From Candidatus Moraniibacteriota bacterium (GTDB lineage Bacteria; Patescibacteriota; Minisyncoccia; Moranbacterales; UBA1568), in NCBI GenBank assembly GCA_016699875.1, contig CP064989.1, positions 520,788 through 584,787 of the forward strand: 64,000 nt of DNA. The letters run 5' to 3'. The notes below the pieces were generated by a model that worked only from the letters and a program-made list of their open reading frames with translations, was not told the DNA's origin and searched no databases. The position numbers and the translations under genes were made by a program. Position 1 is the stretch's first letter, and each line of letters opens with the position of its first letter. Positions 37,211 to 47,476 of this stretch are shown in pieces.

Positions 37211-37849
37211 TCAACTTTCTTTCCCGAGCATTTCCAAAATTTTTGGTATCTTTGCGAAATCTTTCATGAGTGTCTCGCGCATGGAGCCATTGTAGAGCGC
37301 GGCGGCAGGGTGATAGAGCGCATAGAAGACATACGTGCCGAGATTGGGCACGTTTCGGCGAAACGCTTTGCCATGCTCAACTGATATGCGCTTCCCCGGC
37401 ACAAACCGTTCGAGCGCATGCCGCCCGAGAAGAATGATGATTTTCGGATCAATAAGCTCCACCTGCGCGCGAAGCCATGGCCAGCACGCGGTAACTTCTT
37501 CGGGAAGTGGATCGCGATTATTCGGCGGGCGATACTTCACGACATTGGTGATATAGATATCGTCGCGCGAAAGCCCGACAGACCCCAACATTTCATTGAG
37601 GAATTTCCCGGCAGCGCCCACAAACGGCTCACCGGTTTCATCTTCCTTTTTCCCGGGTGCCTCCCCAATAAAGAGGATATCAGCGTCGGCACTCCCGATA
37701 CCCGGAACAACGTTCTTCGCCGAGTGTCGCAGCTCGCATAAACACGCTGCCGCCATATCACTATTCAGCTTTGCGAGCGCCGCTTCTTTCTCCTCACGTT
37801 TCATGACAATTGTGGATAACTTGTGAAGAAGTGCCAATTCCCATTCCAT
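37211..37849 (-). CDS. Uracil-DNA glycosylase, family 4
   Basis: GEAPGKKEDETGEPFVGAAG motif and C-terminal HPAAAL region typical of family-4 UDG. Confidence 0.85.
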   Translation of the reverse strand: MEWELALLHKLSTIVMKREEKEAALAKLNSDMAAACLCELRHSAKNVVPGIGSADADILFIGEAPGKKEDETGEPFVGAAGKFLNEMLGSVGLSRDDIYITNVVKYRPPNNRDPLPEEVTACWPWLRAQVELIDPKIIILLGRHALERFVPGKRISVEHGKAFRRNVPNLGTYVFYALYHPAAALYNGSMRETLMKDFAKIPKILEMLGKES

Positions 37850-37925
37850 AACACCTTTTCCCTTCGCTTTTCCGGTTCTCCAAATTCAATCCTCCGTCTT
37901 CCTGTTTCTATTTTTTTCATCATGA

Positions 37926-38894
37926 TTATACCACCGCCCAGCCATCCTCCAGACGCGTAATCTTCCCGGGAACCTCAAAACCGCTCGCCAAGCGATGTCC
38001 GCCGCCGCCAAATCGGTGCGCGATTTCCGAAACGTCCACGTTATGCTTCTCCAAAGAACGCAGGCTTGCGCGAACCGTCTCATCATCTCGTTCTGAAAGC
38101 ACCATAGCAAATTTTGCTTCCGGAACCGTACTCAATATAGATGTCACATGGTAAATATCTTCGATAGAGGCTTCACATTCTTCGACATCGCGTTTTGTCA
38201 CTGCTGTCACCAACATGCCATTCTTCTCATTGAGAATAGAGCGCTCAAATGCCTTCCCCCACAATCGAAGCGCCGGAATACTTTTATTGGTAAAGAGCGC
38301 ATCCACAATTCGATCAAGCGACGCTCCCTTCTTCATCAGAATTCCCGCTATATCCATAACGCGCGGCGTTGTGCAAATATGCTGAAAATTTCCCGTATCG
38401 AATATGATGCCCGTCAAAAGTGCGGTCGCTATTTTCTTATTGAATTCCGCACCGATTTTCTCAAAGTACGTGTACATCAACTCACAGGTAGATGAGTAGC
38501 TGGCATCAACCAGCTCCAAATCACTTGAAACCGCGACATCCGGATGGTGATCCAGAGTCACCGTAACTTGTCGACGTGCCACCCGAGGAAGCACGCGGTC
38601 AAACCCACGGTCAACAGAGTCACACGCAATAATAGCTCCGTAGCGCGATAAATCCAGCTGATCCGGATGAAGAAATGTCTCCGACGTCTCCGAAAGCAAT
38701 TCGGCAAGTTGCAGCGGAAAAGGATCGAAACAGGCAATAGAGACTTCCTTCCCCTGACACCGGAGAAATTCTGCAAGTGCTACGGTTGCCCCAACTGTAT
38801 CCGCATCCGGACGAGTATGCGCAAACAGCAGAAACGAGGGCGATTTCTTTATGACGTAGGAAAGCGTCCGGAATTCCGAAGAAAAGGCGTTCAT
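37926..38894 (-). CDS. nrnA: DHH-family phosphoesterase (NrnA-like oligoribonuclease/pAp phosphatase)
   Basis: DHH motif region (HTRPDADTVG), DHHA1 GGGGH motif; overlaps rbfA stop by 4 nt (ATGA). Confidence 0.85.
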   Translation of the reverse strand: MNAFSSEFRTLSYVIKKSPSFLLFAHTRPDADTVGATVALAEFLRCQGKEVSIACFDPFPLQLAELLSETSETFLHPDQLDLSRYGAIIACDSVDRGFDRVLPRVARRQVTVTLDHHPDVAVSSDLELVDASYSSTCELMYTYFEKIGAEFNKKIATALLTGIIFDTGNFQHICTTPRVMDIAGILMKKGASLDRIVDALFTNKSIPALRLWGKAFERSILNEKNGMLVTAVTKRDVEECEASIEDIYHVTSILSTVPEAKFAMVLSERDDETVRASLRSLEKHNVDVSEIAHRFGGGGHRLASGFEVPGKITRLEDGWAVV

Positions 38895-39253
38895 AGCGAA
38901 TCAGGCTCACCCTGTTCTTTCTTGAGAGCGAATAGCACCTCCTCAACCGCTTGCGCGTTCCGTTCAGTTACGTCCAATTCAAAGGAAATCCGAGGTAACG
39001 GATGCATATGCAAACGCTGATTGAGCATTCCCTGAATTTTATACAGTCCCCGTTCAAGCGATTTCAACGCGTATTCCGCTTCGTTCTCCGGAAATACACT
39101 CACAGAAATCCTTGCCTCTTTCAAATTTGGCACGACGCTGACTTTGGCAATTGTCACAAAAACGCCGGATTTTAGAGAAATTTCCGTAGGAAGAATATTC
39201 CCCAATTCCTCGCGAAGAAGCTCATTAACTTTCTCTATTCTGAGAGATGACAT
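38891..39253 (-). CDS. rbfA: Ribosome-binding factor A
   Basis: RIEKVNELLREELGNIL...VTIAKVSVVPNLKEARISVSVF: canonical RbfA KH-like fold sequence. Confidence 0.85.
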   Translation of the reverse strand: MSSLRIEKVNELLREELGNILPTEISLKSGVFVTIAKVSVVPNLKEARISVSVFPENEAEYALKSLERGLYKIQGMLNQRLHMHPLPRISFELDVTERNAQAVEEVLFALKKEQGEPDSL

Positions 39254-39503
39254 AGACCGAGCCAAAAACCAAAGAATTGCAGTATATCAATCCATCAAAA
39301 ATATATCAAGCAGGTGAAACCGATTCGTTGCAGAGCCAGTATGCAATCGCATGTCGGCAGATAAGAATGCCTTGTGAGTGCCCCCAGTATGAATCGAACA
39401 TACATCGCTCCCTTAGGACGGGACCGTTCTATCCGTTGAACTATAGGGGCCGAAGATTCAATACAAAAAGAGCCTGTGAAACATTGTTTCACGCCATGCA
39501 CAG

Positions 39504-39576
39504 TGGACCGTAGGAGACTCGAACTCCTCACCTCCTCCATGCCATGGAGGCGCTCTACCAGATGAGCTAACGGCCC
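39504..39576 (-). tRNA. tRNA-Ala (anticodon GGC)
   Basis: G3:U70 identity pair present, anticodon loop atGGCat, T-loop TTCGAGT. Confidence 0.85.
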
Positions 39577-39833
39577 AACAAGCAAACACTTTTGTGGAGA
39601 TACCCACATCTTTTCCACAAAGAGCGTTCTACACAATAAGATGAGAGTATCGTACCATGTTTTAGCCCTCAGTCAAACAAATCAAACACTCTCTTTCGCA
39701 ACATTTCGAAAGCACCCCATTCATTACAGAAAAGAACAAGCGAATTAAGCGCCATCCCTCTGAAAAAAACAGCTACTTAGGATGGTAGAAATCCGTCTTA
39801 ATACACTCCTCCGCGCAAACATCTGTTTCAATA

Positions 39834-41544
39834 GTTCCACATGGAACATATTAGAGCTCTTCGACATTCAGAATCTCCACACAAAGAAGTTTCATGTGCA
39901 ACAAAGCTTTATCAAAAGAATAATATCCATTCCAAAAAATTCCTTGTTTTCCACGCCATGTACCGGTGTGCCCTCAGCAATGCTACATTAATTACCAGCA
40001 AGATCTACTCGTACTTTTTATAAACACACCCAACAGAATATACAAAACGTTCCACAAGGAACATGAGCCACCTCGTACAGACATAGGTAGACTGATTCAC
40101 GTGAAACATTTTGGCAAGCATACATTACATACTGTCATTGTTCCACAAGGAATAAGTAAATACCCCCTATTACACCTAGTGAAGAAATATATCTCAGAGA
40201 ATCCAACAAAAAATACAAAGTTTTTATTATAGACATCTTTAAAGTTCCGATTCATCTTTCCGTCCAAGAATTCCATAATACCACCACAAAATTGTTCCAC
40301 GTGAAAAATAATATGCCATGAGAAACATCGAGAAAATAAAACTACTCAATAAGTTCCACATGGAATACTGTCCGCAGTCGACATGCTTACCAACATTACT
40401 TATACAGATACATTTGGACTGGTTCGTTATGCAAGAACAATTATTGTTCCACGTGGAAATCAAAAATCGGGATACCACTAAGAGACATGAAAAAGCATGT
40501 TCCATGTGAATCAGACAAGCGAGATAAGAAAACAAATACCAACTGAGACAAGCCGCGACTCGAATGCAATGCCGCTTAATAACTAAAAATTTCGCTGACA
40601 AGAGTTCTGCTAATTATCAATATGATTCAGTGACAATAAAAACGTTGCACGTGAAACGCTGTGTATAGTTAAACAACAGGTCTGACAAAATGCTTGTTCC
40701 ACATGGAGCAATCCGGTTGCTCGAAAACGGAAATTAGACAAAAATACCTACACTTGTATGCATACAAAAACAGCCTACCGGACAACAGTATCTATACAAA
40801 AAAACACCCCCCGGGAGAATAATCCAAAAAAAAAAAAAAAAAACCAAAGGATATATACTAATAATCGTGGTCAGATATGTTCCACAAGGAACTTGTAATT
40901 CAGATACCTGAATATACTGCTCCACATGAAACAATAACGAAGATCATCACGAAACAGACAGCAAACAAAATATCGAAAAATTCCTACAAAAAATTCACCT
41001 AAAGGGAGTTACAATAGCAACAAGCAGCTCAATATAATGACTTCACCAAAATCAATACAAAAGAAATAGTTGTTCCACATGAAACAACGGGGAATATAAC
41101 CAATACAGCCACTTAAAACCCAGAGATATACAGGGCGTGGAATTGCTTTCATAACACAGCGAAAGAACAGAAGAATACAGTCAATGATCTACATACTTTC
41201 TGCATTGCTCAAGAAAGATAATTTCAGCGCACTGTATATACAATATACATACGCAGTGGAACTTACAAAAAGCAATTATTAAGGCGATCTTAACGTGAGG
41301 AGCGTTAATCTCAGATAATTCCATGTGAAACAAAATGAAAAATGTTCCACGCGCAACAATAACACCCGCTCAAAAAGCTTTATTTCAAGATCTATCGAGC
41401 AATCTCGTGGCAACAAAGCAGAGCAATAGAGTGCCCATGTATGGCGATTCAGAGACTACGCCACATGAATACACCAATAAAGAAATCTTTGATTTTAATA
41501 CTCCCGCTATACTCGCAAGTATATAAAATGTTCCACGTGAAACT
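39834..41544. repeat. Array of ~16 parS-like 16-bp palindromes (TGTTCCACGTGAAACA family) in a gene-free AT-rich region
   Basis: Sites (core coordinates): 39834, 39889, 40049, 40096, 40140, 40293, 40352, 40445, 40498, 40643, 40696, 40879, 40918, 41071, 41317, 41343, 41529; several within 1 mismatch of consensus. Confidence 0.8.
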
Positions 41545-42000
41545 ATTCGCGTGATTCTCAGAGAAATACGTGAAACATGCGAACAGAAAAACCGCGAGAT
41601 CATTGTCATCACCGGTCCAATTTAAATCCAACAATATCAACTCTTTGAAGAGAGATGGTTTGCCTTCAAAGGCTTGTAGCTGCTTTATCAATGCGGAAGA
41701 AGTCCTTTATCCAGACATTACACTGAGAGAATGCGATAGGAACAATATTTTCACTCACTACCATAGCAGTCACCAAAAAAACACATCGGCAGTGAAAATT
41801 ACACATAGTAAACTAAGAAAAGACACAAAAAAATCCTTCAGACAAACGCCCGCCACAAATTACAGCGAATCTCTGCAATCCGCGACACTCACCATTAAAT
41901 CATTCCAAAAATTTCTTCATCTATATTTGACACGTCAGGGAAAAGTTTTTTTTGAATAAAGTGTGGTATACTGCACAGTGATATTCTACTTCGATATCAT

Positions 42001-43056
42001 ATGTCGAGATTTCTTTCCTTTTTGATACCAGCGGAAAGGCTTCGCCTGCCTGTTTTTGTGTTTTTCATACTTGTTTTTTCCAGTTTCAGTTTCTTCTCTT
42101 TCGCTTCCGATAATTTTTCCGGAAACAGTATCTTTCAAGATAGCGACCAAGACGGGCTCACAAATGACGAGGAACAACTCTATGAAACAGACCCACAAAA
42201 AGCGGATACTGATGGAGACGGCTACAGTGATGGAGCGGAAGTGCGCAGCGGATACGATCCGCTCAAGCCATCACCGGGCGACAAGATATTTACCGTGAAG
42301 GATGCGGCGACAATTGGAAATGCACCCTCAATAAAAGAAACTCTCGCTGCTTCAACAACAAAAACAGAAGCCGGTGTCGGAGGTTCCGATGAAGATAACC
42401 TCACCACGCAAGTCTCGCAGCAGATCGCCAACATCCTCAAAAGTTCCTCCGATGATACCTCGGATACATCTATTTCTGTCCAAGATATGCAGGCAAGCCT
42501 GCAAGAACTCCTCGATAAAAACGGGGCAGACACAGTACAGCTTCCGGAAATCGACGAGTCGACCATCAAAGTACTAAAACAAAATTACGACGATCTTTCC
42601 GATGAGGAGCAAAAAGCAAAAATAAAACAAGATACACTCGAATATATCACCAAAATATCATACATACTCGCAAGCAACTCTCCGGAAATCATTACAACGC
42701 CGGAAGACATAGAAAGTATCGCGACCACAATAATGACCAGCACCATGACATCGATAGAGAGCGGCGATGCAACATATTTGAAAGACCTGAGCACAAAAGG
42801 AGAGAAAGCTCTCGAAGAACTTCAGGAGGTGAAAGTTCCGGAGAATATGCTTGAATCACACAAGAAAGCGCTGCAGCTCTTCCAGTACGCTTCATCACTT
42901 CCAGATGAACTCACTTCGTTCGAGACAGATCCGCTAGCAAATGTTGTCGTACTTTCAAAGATACAGGGGTTGCTTGGCTCTCTTTCAAGTTTTGTCAGCG
43001 ATGTAGATACCACATTGAAAGACCTCGGCATCGAGGAAATTCCTGTAAATCTCTAG
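42001..43056 (+). CDS. Secreted acidic protein with DxDGDG calcium-binding-type repeats
   Basis: Hydrophobic signal/anchor then DSDQDGLTNDEEQ...DTDGDGYSDGAE (thrombospondin-type-3/dockerin-like Asp-rich repeats); very acidic. Confidence 0.6.
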   Translation: MSRFLSFLIPAERLRLPVFVFFILVFSSFSFFSFASDNFSGNSIFQDSDQDGLTNDEEQLYETDPQKADTDGDGYSDGAEVRSGYDPLKPSPGDKIFTVKDAATIGNAPSIKETLAASTTKTEAGVGGSDEDNLTTQVSQQIANILKSSSDDTSDTSISVQDMQASLQELLDKNGADTVQLPEIDESTIKVLKQNYDDLSDEEQKAKIKQDTLEYITKISYILASNSPEIITTPEDIESIATTIMTSTMTSIESGDATYLKDLSTKGEKALEELQEVKVPENMLESHKKALQLFQYASSLPDELTSFETDPLANVVVLSKIQGLLGSLSSFVSDVDTTLKDLGIEEIPVNL

Positions 43057-43182
43057 AGTTCATCTCAAAAATAATTTTGGAGCCGAAAAAATCGACATTC
43101 GAGTCATGAATGATTTTTGAGATGAACTCCAGATATCTTTCGAGAATAGAAGTGGGTTTAGTGTGACCGTGATTCGTTTCGT

Positions 43183-44301
43183 GTGAACAAAATAAAAAAC
43201 AACTTCTCTTTCCCCCATTACCTCAAACGAGGAGGCTTTGTTGTGGCCACACTCTCTCTAAGCGTGTTCTTTGCTGTGCCAGCCCGTGCCGGATACTGGG
43301 GAGAGCCGACAGCAGCAAATATGATGCTCTTCAATCTCGATCAAATTGCCGAAAAAATAAAAGGCGTCACCTTAAGCGTTGTGAAAAATGCCGCCATACG
43401 AACCGTCAATCAACAGGTATTGCGACTCGTCAACGGAACCGGGGGACAGGGATCTCTCATTATCTCCGACTGGAAACAATTCATCTACACTGAGTCATCA
43501 AAGAAAGCCAGTGACGTAGTGCTCAACGATTTCTTTCCGAAGATGTTTAGCGGGAAAGGATCGGGAGGAAATTACGTCGCCTCTTCCGAGGGAGTAAATA
43601 CGTTGAAAAGTGTTTCATCCCAAATAAACACTATAAAGAACTATCCCGAGTATCTTTCAACTATCGGGAAGAATACCCTGAAAAGCCTCGAGACCGATGT
43701 GACGAAGTACACTCTAGACCAAGTCTGTCCGGATCCATCGGGCTCACTTGCCAAAGGGGACTACCGTTGTTTTTCGGAAATCATGAAGCCGCAGAACAAT
43801 CCTCGAGGCATACCGCTTATTACCGAACAAAAATACGCTCAAGAAAACGAAAAAAATCAAGCCATTGCAAAGACGCAAGCCGGAATAACCGGCTACAAGC
43901 CGCAAACAAATGCCAAGGGACTCGTTGTTACACCGCCGCAAACTATTTCGGACATTGTTTCCGCAGTTCAAACGCTCCCGGCAAAAGCGCTCGCCATCGC
44001 TCAAAATCCCTCTGAACTCGTAACGGGCGTCATTCAAGCCTATGTAAACTCGCTCATTCAGCAAACGCTCAGCAAGGTAGGGCTCGGACCAGTCGGCGCA
44101 AGCTTCGCGCAAAACCTTGGAAGCGAACTCTCTCAAGAGTCAAACGCGCTAATTTCTGAAAACGTCGGAGCACTCTTCAATACCGACGGGTCCGGCACCG
44201 ACATCGTGGGGCCAAATGATGCCGGTCAACAAACAATGAGCTCGCCAACAACGGCATCGGCCGATGATTACTGCGGGACAAACTGCCGCGTAATTAACTA
44301 G
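43183..44301 (+). CDS. Secreted hypothetical protein
   Basis: Signal peptide ending AVPARA; 372 aa, Ser/Thr/Gly-rich, two Cys pairs; no domain recognised. Confidence 0.6.
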   Translation: MNKIKNNFSFPHYLKRGGFVVATLSLSVFFAVPARAGYWGEPTAANMMLFNLDQIAEKIKGVTLSVVKNAAIRTVNQQVLRLVNGTGGQGSLIISDWKQFIYTESSKKASDVVLNDFFPKMFSGKGSGGNYVASSEGVNTLKSVSSQINTIKNYPEYLSTIGKNTLKSLETDVTKYTLDQVCPDPSGSLAKGDYRCFSEIMKPQNNPRGIPLITEQKYAQENEKNQAIAKTQAGITGYKPQTNAKGLVVTPPQTISDIVSAVQTLPAKALAIAQNPSELVTGVIQAYVNSLIQQTLSKVGLGPVGASFAQNLGSELSQESNALISENVGALFNTDGSGTDIVGPNDAGQQTMSSPTTASADDYCGTNCRVIN

Positions 44302-44324
44302 AGAGACGATTTTTATTCAAAAGG

Positions 44325-44365
44325 AAAAATAAACACTTCTCACATTCGGGAAGTGTTTATTTCTT
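44325..44365. terminator. Bidirectional intrinsic terminator
   Basis: aaacacttc-tcacattcggg-gaagtgttt hairpin with T-runs on both strands; between secreted-protein gene (+) and tRNA-Val (-). Confidence 0.55.
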
Positions 44366-44370
44366 GTGGG

Positions 44371-44444
44371 TGGGTCTGTCCAGACTCGAACTGGAGACCT
44401 CTACAATGTCAATGTAGCGCTCTAACCAACTGAGCTACAGACCC
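44371..44444 (-). tRNA. tRNA-Val (anticodon GAC)
   Basis: Acceptor GGGTCTG/CAGACCC, anticodon loop ttGACat, T-loop TTCGAGT. Confidence 0.85.
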
Positions 44445-44457
44445 GTATCAACTCCCG

Positions 44458-45372
44458 CTATGCCTCATCAAGACTCACGGCACTTTCCTGTTGTAGCACG
44501 GTTTCTGTTTTTTGCAAAACACTACGCTCAGGATCTCTTGGCAGCGCAATCATACGGAAAAAGGATGTCCATGAAGCCCACTTCCATGCTTCGATCATTG
44601 AGAGAACTCCGAGTACGCATACCCATTCGAAAAGCGTTCCGGAGACGCCACTTAAAAAGGAGAGTGTCTTTCCAAAAATACTCTGCGTAAACAGAAATAT
44701 ATCAGAGACTACAAAGAGCGCCGCTAATTCCAAAAGGAGCAGGACAATACTCAAGAGAATCGTCTCCTTGATGTGCAAACGAAACAATCTTGTTGCATTC
44801 TCCAAAGCTGATCGGAGAGAAATCTTCGAAAGGGAAAGGTAGAGCGCGGCATATTGACGGAGAAAGAAGAGTACCAGCGAAATGGACAGCAGAAGTCCGA
44901 GTGCTGAGTAGGACAATCCACGAGAAAGACTTTCAAGCCCGCGAACAGCAGCCAAATCCGACGGAATAGAGAGGATACTCCCCACAGCAATCACAAGAGC
45001 CATGAGGAGCATTTCCAGAGCGACAACATATCTCATTCTCTGCTTCACAGATATCCAAGCACTGGAAAAAGAAAGCCCATCGCCGTTTTCATGTCGACTC
45101 ATAAGAGATACGAGCGCGACAATACCTGACGAACCCGCCAGAAAAATACCCGAGATAATAACAAGGAGAATAAGTGCCTCCTGAAAAGATACGGATTCAG
45201 AGTTTCGAGAAAAAGTGTCGAAAGCACTAAACCCCGTACCATCAAACAGGGAGAGCTGCAAAATCCCTTTCGGCACAGCAATCGCCGCTCCCCAAAGCAA
45301 AAAGAGCGGATCTGAGAATACGGCCCGAAAGCCACTTTTCAGTGGAATACGAATATCGATGCGAGTATTCAT
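44458..45372 (-). CDS. Hypothetical polytopic membrane protein
   Basis: 304 aa with ~6 hydrophobic helices; no motif recognised. Confidence 0.55.
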   Translation of the reverse strand: MNTRIDIRIPLKSGFRAVFSDPLFLLWGAAIAVPKGILQLSLFDGTGFSAFDTFSRNSESVSFQEALILLVIISGIFLAGSSGIVALVSLMSRHENGDGLSFSSAWISVKQRMRYVVALEMLLMALVIAVGSILSIPSDLAAVRGLESLSRGLSYSALGLLLSISLVLFFLRQYAALYLSLSKISLRSALENATRLFRLHIKETILLSIVLLLLELAALFVVSDIFLFTQSIFGKTLSFLSGVSGTLFEWVCVLGVLSMIEAWKWASWTSFFRMIALPRDPERSVLQKTETVLQQESAVSLDEA

Positions 45373-45484
45373 AGCACCTTGTCAGCAAAAACCAAGGGAA
45401 AATAGGTAAACAGAGATATCGCAGAAACCTCTCTTTCAAACGAAAAAGCGATGCATTGCACGCACGAAAGATAAAAGCACTCGA

Positions 45485-47356
45485 TCATTCTTCCTTCCGG
45501 ATTTTTTCATTTGACGCATCTTTCTCAGAAGTCGGTATTTCTTTCCCTTGAACAATAGCGGCAAATTCATCCCTCTCAAGCGTTTCTTTCTCAAGCAATG
45601 TCTTTGCAATACGATTCAAAGTATCGCGTTTTTCATTCAAGATAGCTGTTGCCTGCGAAAACGCATCATTGACCAGCCGAGAAACTTCAGCATCGATCGC
45701 TTCAGCGGTCTTTTCGGAATAATTCCGCTCTTCATGCATCTCACGACCCAAAAAGACAAGCTCGTCCTTTTTGCCAAACGTGCGAGGTCCGAGCGTACTC
45801 ATGCCAAATCGCGTCACAATATTTCGAGCCATCTGCGTCGCGCGCTCAAGATCATTCGACGGACCCGTTGTCACATCGCCAAAGACCAGCTTCTCACTGG
45901 CATAGCCGCCAAGAAATGTGGCGAGCTCGTCTCGGAAATGGTGGAATGACTGCAGGGTCTTATCTTCGACCGGAACCGCAAGCGTGTATCCGCCAGCATG
46001 TCCGCGCGAAATAATGGACACTTTCTGCACGGGATCAGCATGAGGAAGACTCGCCGCCACCAGAGCATGACCGCCTTCATGGTAGGCAACGATTTCCTTT
46101 TCTTTGGGATTGATCGCTCGACTTCGGCGCTCAGGCCCCAAAATCACCTTCTCGATCGACTCGGCAAGTTCCGTAGCACCGATTTCCTTTTTATCACGGC
46201 GCGCCGAGAGTATAGCCGCCTCATTCACCAGATTCGAAAGATCAGCACCGGAAAAGCCCGGAGTGCGCTCCGCAATGGTACGCAGACGAACTTTTTCTTC
46301 AAGCGGTTTGTTCTTCACATGGATTTTCAATATCGCTTCGCGCTCATTGATATCCGGAAGGTCCATCATGACCCGTCGATCGAATCGTCCCGGACGAAGA
46401 AGCGCCGGATCGAGCACATCCGGACGATTGGTAGAAGCAATCACGATAACATTCGTCTCCGTCTCAAAGCCGTCCATCTCAACGAGAATTTGATTGAGCG
46501 TTTGTTCGCGTTCGTCGTGTCCGCCGCCCAAACCGGCGCCCCGGTGACGCCCAACCGCGTCTATTTCATCGATAAAGACGATAGCTGGCGCATTCTTCTT
46601 GGCTTGCTTAAAGAGATCGCGCACACGGCTCGCACCCACACCGACAAACATTTCCACAAATTCCGAACCGCTAATATTGAAGAAAGGTACCTGCGCCTCA
46701 CCGGCAACCGCTTTTGCCATAAGCGTCTTCCCGGTTCCGGGAGAACCAAGCAGAAGCACTCCCTTGGGAATACGCGCACCAATCGTGAGGAATTTCTTGG
46801 GATGTTTGAGAAATTCAACGACCTCCTGAAGCTCATTTTTCGCTTCAAGAGCGCCGGCAACATCGGCAAAAGTAATGCGTTTTTTCTTATTCTTTGGATC
46901 GAGCATGCGCGCCCGACTCATGCCGAACGAAAGTGCCTGAGCATTTCCCCGCTGCGCCTGCTTCATCATAAACCAGATAAAGCCGGCTATGAGAATGAAC
47001 GGCAAAAGAAAAGGAAGAATAGCACCAAGCCAAAGCGCGGCGCCCGAGTCCTCCTTGACGGTTATTTTTACGTCTTTCAGCTTATTGGTATCAACGCCAT
47101 AATTGCGAAGCGTTTCCGTAAGCGCTCCCTCGGTTTCTTTGGTCGCCTTCTGTTTATTGCCGTCTTTGAGCTCTATAGCCAGGGAATTGCCACTCACCTC
47201 GACTGAAGACACTTTGGCATCGTTTATCTCGGACACCAATTCATTGAGCGATACATCTGTGGGGCGCCCTTTCGGAGACTGGTAGAGAATAATAATGCCG
47301 GAAACCAACAAGAAAATGATAACGACGGCACCAATGTTTTTGAAAAGCTTGTTCAT
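45485..47356 (-). CDS. ftsH: ATP-dependent zinc metalloprotease FtsH
   Basis: Walker [18 protein letters not shown] zinc motif; two N-terminal TM helices. Confidence 0.95.
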   Translation of the reverse strand: MNKLFKNIGAVVIIFLLVSGIIILYQSPKGRPTDVSLNELVSEINDAKVSSVEVSGNSLAIELKDGNKQKATKETEGALTETLRNYGVDTNKLKDVKITVKEDSGAALWLGAILPFLLPFILIAGFIWFMMKQAQRGNAQALSFGMSRARMLDPKNKKKRITFADVAGALEAKNELQEVVEFLKHPKKFLTIGARIPKGVLLLGSPGTGKTLMAKAVAGEAQVPFFNISGSEFVEMFVGVGASRVRDLFKQAKKNAPAIVFIDEIDAVGRHRGAGLGGGHDEREQTLNQILVEMDGFETETNVIVIASTNRPDVLDPALLRPGRFDRRVMMDLPDINEREAILKIHVKNKPLEEKVRLRTIAERTPGFSGADLSNLVNEAAILSARRDKKEIGATELAESIEKVILGPERRSRAINPKEKEIVAYHEGGHALVAASLPHADPVQKVSIISRGHAGGYTLAVPVEDKTLQSFHHFRDELATFLGGYASEKLVFGDVTTGPSNDLERATQMARNIVTRFGMSTLGPRTFGKKDELVFLGREMHEERNYSEKTAEAIDAEVSRLVNDAFSQATAILNEKRDTLNRIAKTLLEKETLERDEFAAIVQGKEIPTSEKDASNEKIRKEE

Positions 47357-47476
47357 GAAAGTACGTTGCGCGAATTATATACTCAATAAGTACCTCGCTC
47401 AGGAGAAAACGTTTCGAAAAAGACTCGCGAAAACGAGATATTCAACAGGGAAGTGCGACGAGTTCGAAACCAATAA

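Noticed and set aside
39295-39636. 113-aa minus-strand ORF
   Set aside because: Overlaps and translates tRNA-Ala (contains VERLHGMEEVRSSSL from the T-arm/anticodon region)
39834-41544. Possible CRISPR array
   Set aside because: Repeat is palindromic, only 14-16 bp, spacing irregular (40-150 bp) and no cas genes; fits parS / protein-binding sites rather than CRISPR
39782-41691. Several 60-130-aa ORFs in the parS-array region
   Set aside because: AT-rich, mutually overlapping, no RBS, composition dominated by the repeated motif (His-Val / Phe-His-Val-Glu repeats from CACGTG); region treated as non-coding
45998-47206. 402-aa plus-strand ORF overlapping ftsH
   Set aside because: Antisense artefact (Arg/His-rich); ftsH motifs unambiguous on the minus strand
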